The notes beneath the pieces were generated by a model that saw only the letters and a list, made by a program, of their open reading frames with translations, was not told the origin of the DNA and did no database searches. Positions 1 to 12,916 of a DNA stretch of 64,000 nt are shown piece after piece. Where the stretch lies: contig JAQGDQ010000008.1 of the NCBI GenBank assembly GCA_030141605.1, positions 806,001 to 870,000 on the forward strand, in the 5' to 3' direction. The position numbers were made by a program, and so were the translations under genes. Position 1 is the stretch's first letter. Each line of letters starts with the position of its first letter. Origin of the DNA: Tubiluchus corallicola. Its lineage: Eukaryota > Animalia > Priapulida.

Positions 1-1559
1 CTACCCATAGAGAAAAGCAGCGAAGACGAAGAGGTCATAGTTCCATCACGAAGCCGTGCCAACAAAACGGCGGGGGACAGACGACGTAGAAATAGCAGTT
101 TCACCAAAGATATTATGCTGTCGACTAGTAGTAGTGACAGTGATGATGACAAATGTGACAAGACGACAGAGAAGCAAGGGGCAAAGCAAAAGAGCTTCAG
201 CAAAAGCGAGGAGAAAAGCGATAAAACTCAAGTGCTGAAGCATGTTTTTGCCAACATGGGGAAAGGCAAGGGGAAAAGACGTCCTCCTGTAAGTTCTGTG
301 GAAAACCGTAAGAGTATTAATGAAGAAAGTGTCAAAGAGCCAGCGTTGAAAGTAGAAAGTGCTAAACCTCCTAAGCCAGCAAAGACAGTGAAGAGTAAAA
401 ATCAAAATTCAGACGACTTGCCAGACGATATTATTGATAAATCAAAGTCAAAGGCTTCAAAACCCAGAAGAAAGCCATCAGTCTATAAAGAGAAACAGAC
501 CAGAGGTAAAAAACCGAAGATTGTTCTGTCAGATTCTGATTCATCTGACGAAGGCGGCTCTTTCACTTCAGCTTTACAAAATTCTTCAAGAGTTGATATG
601 TCTCATAGACAAGTTGGATCACTATCGAAAAGGCCACCCTCACCTGTTCCACTGGCTTCCGATCTTACCTCTCCGTTTACTTCGCCAAAAATAAACACTC
701 AGTCCAAATCTAGTGTCCCACCTCAGAAAACCTACAAGTCACCTAAACCAGAACCAAAGCATGAGTCTGCAGCTCATAAAAATTTGCAAAATGAAGCAGT
801 GACTAACTCGGCTTTGAAGAAAAGCAGCAAATCACCACATAGGACAAGCGACAACCAACAGAAATCAAAGTCTAAAAGCAAAACTGTGAGCGAAAAAGCA
901 CACTCATCAAAAGAGGAAAAATCAACCACTCAAAAATCTTCAGCTGTTTCTCATGTTAATGCTAGAGACTATAAAGAACAGCAACATATTAAAACAGCAG
1001 TCAGCAATGTTGATGTTGTGCATTCCAAGTCTTCTAAACGCATCCACAGCCAAACTAAAGATGAAGTGTCGCTAGACTACAAACTCGGTCAGGAATTTCC
1101 ACCGCCGTTGCTCTCACCCATTCCAAATCATGATGAAACCACATTTTCTAATGCTCCATCAAAAGAGTCTTGTATTCCAGTAGAACAACCGGTGACATAT
1201 GATGAAAATGGTGCTGCTCATGTAGTCGTCAAACTCAAATTGTCGGCTTTATTCAGAGTGCCTCAGAAAGTTCAAGCAAAGGTTAAATCCTCCGACTCTG
1301 CTGCTGTCGTGCTAGAAAGTGACGATTTCAAAATCACTGAAGCAGCGAAATCTGTATCACTCGATGCAATGAATAACATTTTCGAGCGGATTAATCACCC
1401 CTCAACGCAGTCGCTGCCAAAAGGAAAAACATCTAAAAAGAAAAAAGGTTCCGAAAATGGCAAGAACATGAAAACGAAGTCGGTTAATAAGGACACTGAC
1501 AAGAAAGAGCCAGAAATGAAATCTGAAGTTCCCAGCGGAGACATACAACACATTCACAG
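1..1559 (+). CDS. AFF4: AFF large internal exon: Ser/Lys-rich disordered region with AF9/ENL-binding-like motif HVVVKLKLSALFRVP
   Basis: Frame +1 is open from base 1; donor CAG|GTATTC at 1559/1560 (phase 2). The ORF-track tail after 1559 is intron read-through. Confidence 0.9.
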
Positions 1560-4500
1560 GTATTCATGTTATTACTTAATGTGTTATTGCTTAATTGGCT
1601 TCATGTTTTTCACAACCAGTCTACAATTTTGTTGTCATTTTTCTTAGTGTTTTCTCAAAGTGTACATAATTATTTTGTGTTTTTTATGAAGTAAGCTTCA
1701 AGAGAGTCATTATCGTCACCATATATCTTGTTAAAATTTTGCTATCGTAAAATCTTCCTGAATTTTCACATTGTCATTGTTTGTTTCATTGTCGATATGT
1801 TTTAGAGAGTTTATATGTAATTGCTCATGTTTAGTGGGCTAAACATCTAATACCTTCTAGTGAGCTTGAGAGTGCCATTCACTCGGTCGAAGGTAAACAT
1901 TCGGAGTCGTTTGTGGCACAAGTCATCGGCAAGTCACGTGTTCGGCAGCTGAGTGGTAGTAGCAACTCCAGCCGGTGTAGTAGCTTAGATCGAGATGGAG
2001 ACTGCAAGCGACGCAAGTTAGAAAAAGAGCAAAAGCCCACAGCTCAGGTATTTGTCTATTCTATTATTGACTACGCACAATACTTACTTTTTCAAGGTAC
2101 TTTAGATTAGAGGTGCACTTGTCTGGTCTTATGTGCCATATTTGCCTTTTTAGCAAGTTAACAGAAAGTCCAGCAATTGTCTGCAAATTCTCCCTCTCCA
2201 GGAGAGTGTTTCTTACAAGTTTTGTTAAGTGTAGATTTCTTGGTATACAGGTATTAATGAGAGTTGGTCATACAACGTCAATGCTTGACAAAGTGCCTTG
2301 TTTGCCAGACAATCAATGATCATTTTTTGTGTGAATAAAAATAGTTACTGTCTCCACATGTAAAGTAATTTCTTGGTTTTGCAAAAGATTCCAACAATTA
2401 AGCTTAATAAGAGTCTAAACATTCAATCGCTGTTAATGGTGTTAATGCTTACGGTAAAACGGGATGGAATGATTTTTCACATTTATCTCATTTTGCAGTA
2501 CGGTAAAAACTATACTATTCAGCACCTATAATAATGCCAAAGTGCTTCTGATAATTTATTAATAGGTTAACAGCAGGCGAGCCCAACTAGTGATGACATC
2601 ACAACCGAACATAATTTAAACAGCACAAAGATTTAATGAGCGTGTTGCACGTGTTTGCAAAAGCGAAGATTGAAGTACAATGCTATTGTACAACATTTGA
2701 TTGCGATATACAAAACTTGGCATATTTTAAGTTTAAAATTCAAATTTCAAGTTTACTGCTGTGGTTCTGCATGTGTACTATGTCATAACTGAATACCTGT
2801 TGCACTGAGAGGCAAAGCAGCGGTTTTTTATGCAAGACGATTTCGATATTTCATAGAGTAGATTGTTTTGAGTTATAGTTTAAGATTAGGTCCGATTTTC
2901 CTTTAAATAAGAAAAACTGCAGCTTTTTCTTTGCCAAATAAATGTTTTTTGTGTGTTTCTTTTAGTAAAGTTACAAATTAAGTTTTTATTGTAATACTTG
3001 GCTTGCAAAACAGTAAACAGGTGCGTTTATGACATTTTGTATATTTACAAAAGCACAAGAGGCAGTCATGCACTAAAGAAGCAAAAAAATTAAGAAACGA
3101 AATGAATAAGCAAATGCTAATTTTTGAAAGAGTGATAAACCTGTCCCTGCTGAGATTTACAGACAAAAAAGCCTTGATAAAAAAAGTAAAATAACTTATT
3201 TGTGGACAAGTCCTTCGTTTTCCTTTAATATGCAAATGTATAAAAATTTGTCATGGCGCAAAGGAGACAGTCAACAGTATCAGAAAACGCAATTCTTTAG
3301 TTGAAAAAGTGTATCCATAATTTTCCACACGTAACATTTCCCCCCTGTACACTGATGTTAGTGGAGTGATGTACTGTTGACTGAGTGCAGTAAGTTAGGC
3401 TTGATATTTTAAGTTATCATCTAGATATAGTCACTATTTTTTTACAACTCTATCACTGATGTTTAATTCGTTAAAACACTCCCAATTCTCAGCATCATAT
3501 TACCCCATCTAGAACGATTTCTTCACATAATTTGTTTTTCACTAAACAGTGTGAGTGACTTGAGTTACGGTAGAATTTTTAATGTTCATACGAGTCTTGT
3601 TAGAATTTACTGCACATTAGGTTCACAATAAATCACCATAATTTACATATCTTTTGCTAATAAATTTTTCGGCCATTCTGCCATTTTTGTGCCCTTGCAG
3701 CTTCATCTTGTACCATGATTAATCTGACTTATTATAACTGCATATTGATCCACAGCTCATAAAGGGTGAATGCTTGATTAGGAGACGTGTGTGGCATGAA
3801 TATATAACATTTTTGTAACATTTGGCTTCTGCACTCCATTGTTGGCACTTATTCTACTCAGTGTAGACGGTTGCGGCTCATCTCATTATCAAATATGATG
3901 TTCTAAAATGAGACATCGTTCCAACAGCCATATTTAGAGCACATAGTGCATACTACTTCACTCACTGAGATAAATGCCTGTGTACAGTATGATCGACAAA
4001 GCCAGCTAAAATGAATGTTGCTCCAGGAGTCACCAATCCAGTCACTAACCAGGCTTACTGTTGCCTAACTTTGGTTGTAAGTGCACACAGTAAGCATGCC
4101 TTTAATGATGAAATTTTACTGTCAGTAGCAATTATACAGTGATAGATTTGCATACAATGTGAAATTATGAGTGAAATTACTTAACAGAATAAAAATTACT
4201 TTAAATTTGTTCCTGTTTGATTTGAACCCGGGACTTCTGTTAGCTGAATGAATTTGAATTTGAACTTGCATTTGTAGGTGAAGCCATTTGAAGTCGACAC
4301 TGAACCAATTTCTACTCATCATGGAAGTTCTACCCTCAATACCTCATTTACGGGCACTTTGAATACGCCTGCTTCTGAAATGCGTCCGGATTTATTCTGG
4401 AATCACGGTGGTACGACGCCTAGTGGTACATCGATTAGACCATCTCAGCCTCTGCCGCCTCCTCCAAGTTTTGCCGAATTGCCGGAAGAAAGGTATTTAT

Positions 4501-7500
4501 TAATTAAAATAAAAATTGAGTTAGTTTTTCATTGTTCTTTAAGAAAGATTTTATGTATTTATGTGAGTTACTCAAACTACACTGAAAGCTGGTGAACTTT
4601 AGTAGAACTTGCAAATGCTTTTTGGCTGGTTGTACTTGAAGTAAAACGATTAATTTGAAACTGCATATATGAAGTTAGTATTTACTTCAAGTTGACCTAT
4701 TCTGTGTTTTTCTTCTTTCTTCAGTTGTGCTTCTTTGATTAAAAAGAGGCCAGAATGTGAACTCTTCTATGAAACGGTTTGCGCGTTTAATATTTTGCTT
4801 TGTTTAATTGAAAAGACGTATTATTTTATGCTCTACATGAAAAACTTTTTTTGTTGTCATTTGACGAAACGGCAGAGTTTTGCTGTCACATGGGACATTT
4901 GCTTTTTATTTTGTTCTGTTTTCATTCGCCATAAAAACATTTTTCTGGTGTTGTAGAGTAAAGCCAGTGTCCGAGTATTTGCAAGAAGCTCGGCAGCTCA
5001 AACACACGGCTGATGCAATAACAGACAAACCGCAGCGGGCCGCTAGCTACCTAGAGGCATGCATGAAGTTTATTCAAACAATTAGTGCCATGGAAGCCGA
5101 GAAAACGGAACAGAATATGGTGAAACAGATGATAAGACAAACTGCTCTCATCCTTAGGTATGTACGGCGGCTTAGAACTTTCCATTGCATAATTGTAAAG
5201 AAGATACTGTGTAGTACATTTTTTCTAGAAAAGAGCTAAAGTGAGCTCCCTGGCACTTTGGATTAATATGTTTGCTAGGTAACTCTGTGTAACTCAGTTT
5301 ATATAGTTTTGCATACTTATAGAATTGATTTATGTCGTATAACACTTTCAAGCAACACGATCCAATACACAGTGGCAATTTGTGCTAAGTATAGATGAAT
5401 ATGACTCATTGTGAAGTACAGTCACATCTCGTTATAACGCTAGCTTTTTTTGAAGTCAGAAAGTGAGTGGTATAAATAGATTTGACCGTTTTTTCTTCTT
5501 GGATGTGACTCTGAATCCTGCACATTCAGATGTGCCTATATCAGATAGAGAAATGCCTGGGCCAGTTTGACAGATTGTCCAGCTGTCAGCTCTCCAAGCC
5601 CAATGATGCTTTCTTTTGCATGTAAGAATGTATCTTAGTGCCTCAACTGTCACTTCATCCAAGATATTTACCTGTCGTATCCCCATAATTTTGCAAAAAT
5701 GCAAATTATGAAGCCACTTTCAGATATAATTAAGGATTTTATCAGAATGAACGACACTTTTACAAAGTTTAATTATGCATTTGCTATTATTCAACAAACA
5801 TTTTCAGCCGTGACTTAGTCAAATGTTCTCAAATGCACACCGTCTTTGTTTTGTCAGCGGATTCATTTTCATTAAAGCACTATGGTAACATAGTTTAGTG
5901 TGCCATATATAAGCCAAGTGAAAGATTTATTTAAATTTCAGACATGTGATTAACTACAGAACTGAAGGTGTTATGGTTGACAGTCGGGTTTTATTTTTAA
6001 GGTGAGTCTTAAATTTCTACATTCGTGTTTTTGTATATAAGTTTTGTAACGGCTACTGCTTCCGTTCAGATGCATTTAATGTATTTTTACCTGTTTTATG
6101 TAGCATGAGGTCGCAGTCCCTATTAAATCAGAAAATGTTTCACATGAAGCGAGATGAAACCATGAGAAACCACAAGCAGATCATGGACTACATGAAAAAG
6201 GTAATTTTTTATGCATTCGTTCTAAACAAGCCTGGTTCCCAAGGCAAAGAATCTATCATTTGTCTGGAGTTTGTCTAGTGGAAAGTTAGTTCTGCATATT
6301 TTTGCAACATTAACTCTTTAGAGTAAACCCCATTACGTCCAAACTGACAGTAGTTAATAAAAATATTTATTTTTATTTTGTTGAAGTTGCTTTAGAAGAT
6401 CCTCTTTTGTGCCTGAGGAGCAAACTCTCTTAAAAGAAAAACATGGAATTCTATATTACATTTTTCAACAAAAAATAGTTGCATTAGCAAAAATGTGCAA
6501 TTGAAGGAATCACAAATTGTGACTTCAAAAAATAGAATAACTTTATAACATCTCTCCTGAGAAAAAAAATTACCAGAGCAAATTTCTCTTTTCACTTAGA
6601 TATTACAATAAATTTTATGAGTATAATTTCAGTTTTAAGTGAAAATAACACTAATACTACTACCAAAAAATTCTGTATAAGACTTAGCCTCAAATGTAAT
6701 CTGCAAAGAAAAAACTTAGTATTAACAAAAAGCAAAGTTTAGGCTGTCAAATCCTAGACAGCCCATCTACAATTACGTTCTTCATGCCAGCAGTGTGAAC
6801 AATGTTCAGTGAATATTTTTGAAGCAACACACTCCATCTAAATAAATGCTAACTTTCATTCAAGAATTTGTCCAAGAAGATTAAGCGATTGTGGTCAGTG
6901 CAGTGTTTGGTATACGGTACGCAATACATGAACAGAAGGAACAAAATTTTTCCATAGCAAGAGCTTTTCCAGCTCCAACTCGATCCTAGCCAGCTCAACG
7001 GCTTCACTAGCATGATATCCAGCTGGTGCTCCTCTTTCTTCCAAAAGCTTCAAATAATTTGCTATGCCATCCACCAACTTAGCTTTCCTAGCCCCAGAAG
7101 AAACACAGAAAATAAAGTATCTACAAAATGTTATAAATTTGTGTTTAGTTCATTTGCAAAAATATACAAACACTTAAAAATGTGGGTATTTTTGTGTAGT
7201 TACGAGAGAAATCATATTTTTACATACGTAGCTTGTAATTGTTAAACACTGTCAGTAATTTCTTTAAGTTGTTAAAATTTTCACTGTCGAAACTCAGACG
7301 CTTGACACTTTGAGTGACCTTCTTTGATTAATTGACTTTTTCAGTCAAGTAAATTGACCTTTTTAGTTTTACTGTCAATTAGTCTCCTTATTCTTGTAAT
7401 TAATTCACCTATTTTCACCTGTGCATTTTTTAATCGTCTAAGGGCACTCGCTTGGTACAAACATGGTGCAATAATTCTCTGCCTTTGTCCTTATCAGTTT

Positions 7501-10500
7501 GTTAATTAAGCATATTTTGTACCTGGATACCCTCAAGTGCCCTGGCAACACCTAGAATCTTAGATTGTTTACTGTTGGCTAACTGAGTAATGATGATTTA
7601 TGGCATCAGATTACTTAAGGTTAGTCCTTTTAGAGGTACCCATGAAACTAGAAACGTCTAAAAATAAATAAAAAAGTAAAAAACGTACTTTTTATGATTG
7701 TTTCATTAGTGTAATTGTTCGGACGCCATAGCACTGTTACCATAGCACAACCACTAAATAACAGTTAAATATATGAAGTCAAAATATCCGACATAGATTT
7801 TTAAATGCAGGTAACAGTTATCCACAAAACTTTTCTCATTTTTCGCTTTTTTTCTCTACAAAGCTAAGATTTACTTGGTAAGTAATGAAAATTGGTGCAC
7901 CGAAAAACCTATTTTGCTGTGCGTTATGAATGTGCGAACCTGTAACTTGCTAGTAAATTATAATATAATTATAACTATATTATAACTATTAGGAAATATA
8001 ACCTAATACACATTAGATTTCATGAACTCATAAAATACGCACCCGAAGCAGCAGCTTTTTTGTGGTGCTACTGCGGTTTTTCTTTGTTGTGTGAAGTTTA
8101 ATGGGATTCACAAGTAACAAACCAAATTTCATAATAAAGCTCGAAAAATCAGAGAAAACCATCTGGATAACTGATAGCGTTTGACCTGCAATTATTTCAA
8201 TGTAACTTAATAATTAACTTAAATCAGAGTACAGTGCTACTGTGCATTAATAAATAGAGCCTGTTGCGGTGAAACTACCATGATTACAGCCCGTTCTTGT
8301 TTGAAACTGTATTTCATTCTTCTAATCATTTTAGCAACCTCATGGTCAAATTCAGAAACCGACTCAGACGGCATCTCCATATCAAGCACCGAACTGGACA
8401 ATGAAATCCACTGGTACTCCATCTCCTGTATACGTCTCACCGACTCCATCGCCATCCAGTAGTACTAGTGTTACATCTCAGGGTGCAACAACTGATCGGA
8501 TTATGTAAGTACACCTTGCAAATAAAAGCTTAATGTAGTGTGGTATTGAGTATCAATTGTTATTACATTATTGATATGAAATAATTGTGTTTTAAACCTA
8601 TCTGATATGCATTTATGTGCTTTTAAGCAACAGTGCTGCATGTTTGCATTTTTCACCATGCTTGCAGTATTGCAGAATTACTGATTTCTTACTGTGATTG
8701 GTGGTCCCCATGGCTAACCAAAGTTGAAATGACTTCAAAACTGTTAATTCAAGTTAATCAAAATTCGTGTGGTTACAGATCTGTGAAAAAGTACACTTTG
8801 GTGAGTTAGTATTGAGGTTTTTGTAGTTTTGTGCGAATCAAGTTGTTATAATTTTTAACTGCAAATTTTTTTTACTGTATTTTACTCTGTAGAGCACCCA
8901 AATTTTAATGTAACTTCCTGTTAAATTTATGGTCTTTGTCAAAGTGGCCTTTGTGGAAGCGTCACAAGGTCAATGATGCCAAATGACCTTGTATTAAGTT
9001 TATTTGTTCAATGTTAAGCTCAAACGTAATTACATTTCATAAGGATTCACATATGTAATTTGGATACACAAGTTATTTTTCATAAAATAAATAATTTAAA
9101 TTGTAGGTCACCGCTGTATTACTAATTACTGTTAATTAAATAGATTAGTGTAAACTAAAACTCACAATAACAAAATTAGTAAAGGAGCATGAAATGCACA
9201 GCTTACTATGTAAATCACTTGTCAGAGTAGAAGTGAAAAATCATGTTCAAAAGCATTGTCCATGACACTTTGTCAATAAAATATCTATTCATCTTCATAC
9301 GATTAATCTGATTATGTGGCATTTCTTCTCATTCTTGATGTTGTAAATGCTTGTATTTGATTGATGACATGTGTATAATACTGGCGACAGATTTTTTCCT
9401 TTTTTTTGCTGTTCAATCGAAAATTTTGCACTAAATCATACAAATTCCATATTAACACACATGTTCATTAACATTTAGTGGTCAGTAGCTAATATTGTTT
9501 AAGAATGGCTTGGAGCACTATCAAAGCACATAGTGTGGGTTCCTAGTAAGAGCTATAATCAGGGCAGATAGTAATTCATTGCTAAACTAACAAGTGATTT
9601 TACCATATTGTCATGTGTTGTGTAATTTTTCATCTTCTGTTGATTCTATTTTTCGCACAAAGCATTGTTTCCCATCAAAATAGCAATGTTCATGAGCATG
9701 CAACGTCAAAAAACTAACAAGAGTTTGCCAGGCTGTAATTTTTTAATGCAAATCATTCTTGAAAGAGAAGACCTTAAGATTTTTGATATCGTAGTAGCAT
9801 GTATTGAATTACGGTCTAAGATCCTTTCCTTTAACACTTACTGACGTGTAATGTGATCTGTAATCAAGGTATCCAAGGGCATGTTAATCAATAGGCTAAC
9901 TAGGCTATAGCCTAGGGCACCAAAGTTTGAGGGACGTCACGTTTTAGAAAAAATCCTTATTCTCCTCGGAAAATATGTATATTTTCATAATCATGTAAGG
10001 TTTGCATTTTATAACACACCGCAGGCAGTTACCGAGAGCAGCTTTTATATAAGTGCCACATAAAGAACAGGTGCAAGGTATTACACAAGCAGTTGCGCAA
10101 CCTGCTTGAATATAAGGGCTATGCAAATATGTAATTAATAATGACCACATAGAAACTAGGTTAATAGTGTTTCTAATACACTGCAAGTAATTTTTTAATC
10201 TTCTCATTACACAGATAACCATAAATTCACAATTTTATAATAGAGACAGAACTGTCAGCCTAGGGCATCATAAAGTCTTGATACGTCCCTGATGGTATCT
10301 TATTATCCTAGTTGCAGATATGGGTAATCTGCCTGTTAAGCTTTTACTGATATGTTACTGATATATTTATACTTTATTGTTCAAATACTTTAATTTTGAA
10401 TTTAGTTGTGACAAGCATGGCAATCAGGTATCGTCCACTACAGTTATGATCCCACAGCGTATGTTCACGGTCATGCAGCAGCAGTGGTCAAACATCGACA

Positions 10501-12916
10501 AGTTGTTAAATGCACAGTATTTTTGGGATCAGTCTGATCACCTGCTTAGTCAAGATGCTACCTGCAAAAGTAAGACACATCTCTAATGTTTTTCTCAGCT
10601 TCCTGATTGAATTTGACAAATTCGAGAGCACTGAGTTAACAAAAACATGAATTGTGTAATTTGTTGCTGTACTGCACATATCTGACTTTTGAAACTGTGA
10701 TATGTAATATTCCAAGGTAGCAATTCCTTTTTGTGTGGTAAAAAGGATGATGGTGGCCATAGTGGGTTGATAATGGTGATGATGACACCATTAAAGTTTA
10801 TAATAAGCTCCTTGGATGTTTCTACAAAGGCCTATGAAGTTGTCATTTGTTTTGCTGTCTTTTGCTAGTCACTCTAAATAAGCCTTTTCACAGTTTCACT
10901 TGCGAACGTGCAGTTGCTGTAGGTCAAAGGTTAAGCATACCACAGCAATGCGTCTTAAATACAACCGTCACGTGATGTATGTGCAAAGGAAAAGAATCTT
11001 GGGCACGAGTTCAGTAACTTCAGCTGTTCTATGTGGACTTTACTTAATTATGCATTACTCTGTGTGTAGACTGATTTACTAGCAGGATCTTGCTTGGGAA
11101 CTAGAAAAAATGAACTAAGTAATGTTCTAGCTACCTGTTAAAACTGTTGCTATTACAATTGGGCTGCGAGGCGTTGTCAAGTGTGCACAAATGAGTTGTC
11201 TGTTACACTTAACCTTTGACCTTTTCACGATCATCATCAATTGCTGGAACTGTGAATTAACCCAAGAAATCATTGGGTTATTTTTTACATTAATGGTTTC
11301 TGCCGGCCAACTAACTGCAGTGATTATTTGTAGTGGTTTTAAGTTGTTCAAAGGGATTTTTAAATTCCATTTTGTATGTCACCTGCCAAAAAAAAGAAAA
11401 ATGGGATTATTTTTTAATTGATGCGTTATTTGTAAATGCAGGAGAACTAGACTGGTGCTTAAATTTTACCCCAAATGCAAAAACCTATTCTTTGTTTTTG
11501 AACTCAAATAAATGTGAAATTAGCATCACTGCTGCTTCCTCCATTGTTGTGTTGTTGCCTAGAAAAACCAGAAACAACAAATTAAAATATGTGCATAATT
11601 ATCGCGATTACTGTAAATGGCGTAACTATACTTTAGTACATAACTATACATTTTACTATATTTTACCGAGATATATAAGCATTTCGTACTTTGCTAACCG
11701 ACGTTTTGGCAGTAACATAGCGCTAGACTGATAGCCACTATGTTAACTCGGTGCAATACGGATAGCCCAGTAAATGTGTAGACAAACAAGGAGACCTGAC
11801 CAGAATGAATAGTTAAGTGGCCTATTCAGAAGTCATTAGGCGGAACGCCAGATAATAAGGCCTACAGATTACCCATTCACAGAAAACAGTTGAGTGTTCA
11901 CTCGTTAGCAAAACACAACCTGTTTGCCAATGTGCACCTAGGCAACCAAGATTGTTAGAAAATAATGACACCATGCCTCGACAAGGTGCATTTCTCGACT
12001 TTGTCAGTTTTTTTACGTTTTCTAAATTTATTTCCAGCTTGGAAGAGCTAAATATTCCAGCTTTTTCGACGTTTAATAACTTCAGAAATAAATTCTGATG
12101 CAATTTAAAATTTTCTCCTTGTTAATAACAGTAATCTCATATTACCCATTAACTTTTCTAGTAAAATGATAGTTACAAAATATTCCTCAAATAAAATATG
12201 CTGTAATTATAGACAACAAAATTGCTGAATTCCCAAGTTTTATGCATGCTATCTCTTTCTATTTTTGTTAAAGAAGTATGCAGCTTAAAAGATGCTCTGT
12301 GCACATTTTTGTTGAATAAGACTTGTGTTTGAGTGAGATTAAAACTCCAAAGGAGTTTTTCTTTAATTTCTTTATTACTTTATTATTTCATTCCTCACAA
12401 GCTGTGAAAAAGCAACTTTTACTTTCTATCTGGTTCATCTGGTCCAAGATAATACCCTTTCTAGAATGAGAGCTTTGCATAGCTCCTGCCCCATCCTTAT
12501 CAAATAAAATACAAGCTCTCTCTTTCGGACTGACACTAAGTTGAAAGTTGTTTCAGATATTGAATTTATTTGCATGTTTTTGCTTTTTATTCGAATCTGT
12601 GCAGTTTTCATTAACATAATTTCAAAAGCTTTGTGTAAGTGTAACTCCATTGGCATACCTTGTAAATGTACTTGGTAACAATTATTATTTGGAAAAAACT
12701 ATGGTAATAGTGTTGTTACCACAATAATATTTATTGTTTACAGTATTTTTGTTTTTGATGTATTTGGTTACCCTCATTTTTTTGTATTTTGCAGCTTTCA
12801 TTGAAAACTTGGACAAGTCACCATATGGTCCACTAACGTGGCACAGTGATATGATGCAACTGGTGCGTTATGTGACTGCTGGCCTAATGCTTGTACGAAG
12901 CCACCAGAATCAATGA
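1..12916 (+). CDS. AFF4: AF4/FMR2 family member (AFF1-4/lilliputian orthologue), 5'-partial; join(<1..1559,1861..2047,4278..4492,4957..5157,5942..6001,6104..6200,8335..8504,10406..10569,12795..12916)
   Basis: All eight introns are GT-AG and phase-consistent, giving one open frame. The C-terminal part (SEYLQEARQLKHTADAITDKPQRAASYLEACMKFIQ...MRSQSLLNQKMFHMKRDE...STGTPSP...VMIPQRMF...FIENLDKSPYGPLTWHSDMMQLVRYVTAGLMLVR) matches the AFF C-terminal homology domain as I recall it. The symbol denotes the family; the paralogue cannot be assigned. Confidence 0.93.
1861..2047 (+). CDS. AFF4: AFF coding exon (SELESAIHS...CKRRKLEKEQKPTAQ; NLS-like KRRK)
   Basis: Acceptor ccttctag|, donor CAG|GTATTT; phases 2 and 0 fit the neighbouring exons. 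Confidence 0.85.
4278..4492 (+). CDS. AFF4: AFF coding exon (VKPFEVD...PLPPPPSFAELPEER)
   Basis: Acceptor tttgtag|, donor AAG|GTATTT; phases 0 and 2. Confidence 0.85.
4957..5157 (+). CDS. AFF4: AFF C-terminal homology domain, first exon (VKPVSEYLQEARQLKHTAD...QTALILR)
   Basis: YLQEAxxLKHxAD signature; acceptor ttgtag|, donor TAG|GTATGT. Confidence 0.93.
5942..6001 (+). CDS. AFF4: AFF CHD short exon (HVINYRTEGVMVDSRVLFL)
   Basis: Acceptor tttcag|, donor AAG|GTGAGT; 60 nt, phase 2/2; not in the ORF track. Confidence 0.85.
6104..6200 (+). CDS. AFF4: AFF CHD exon (SMRSQSLLNQKMFHMKRDETMRNHKQIMDYMKK)
   Basis: Acceptor tatgtag|, donor AAG|GTAATT; resembles the LRCxSLLYLRLFKLKK segment of AFF proteins. 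Confidence 0.9.
6940..7110 (-). mobile_element. Possible Gypsy-type gag N-terminal fragment in AFF intron
   Basis: Minus frame reads VSSGARKAKLVDGIANYLKLLEE...EAVELARIELELEKLL, resembling the RKxxL..IA and coiled-coil start of some Gypsy gag proteins. No LTR seen. Confidence 0.3.
8335..8504 (+). CDS. AFF4: AFF exon with STGTPSP...SPTPSP motif
   Basis: Acceptor ttttag|, donor AT|GTAAGT; reads QPHGQIQKPTQTASPYQAPNWTMKSTGTPSPVYVSPTPSPSSS, a different frame from the two ORF-track calls here. Confidence 0.88.
9874..10291. mobile_element. hAT-type MITE
   Basis: Degenerate TIRs CAAGGGCATGTTAA / revcomp CAGGGACGTATCAA (9/14, all differences transitions); 8-bp TSD AAGGTATC (9866-9873) vs ATGGTATC (10292-10299); internal GCCTAGGGCA motif near both ends. 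Confidence 0.6.
10406..10569 (+). CDS. AFF4: AFF CHD exon (CDKHGNQVSSTTVMIPQRMFTVMQQQWSNIDKLLNAQYFWDQSDHL...)
   Basis: Acceptor tttag|, donor AA|GTAAGA; VxIPQ and WxQ motifs of the CHD. Confidence 0.9.
12795..12916 (+). CDS. AFF4: AFF last coding exon (TFIENLDKSPYGPLTWHSDMMQLVRYVTAGLMLVRSHQNQ*)
   Basis: Acceptor ttttgcag|, phase 1, TGA at 12914-12916; matches the AFF C-terminal GPL...LVRY..GL pattern. Confidence 0.92.

Noticed and set aside
5417-5440. Tc1/pogo-like terminus TACAGTCACATCTCGTTATAACG
   Set aside because: No matching second TIR found, so no element can be delimited.
8237-8462. Two ORF-track calls (72 aa minus, 60 aa plus with signal-peptide look)
   Set aside because: Shadow frames of the real AFF exon 8335-8504.
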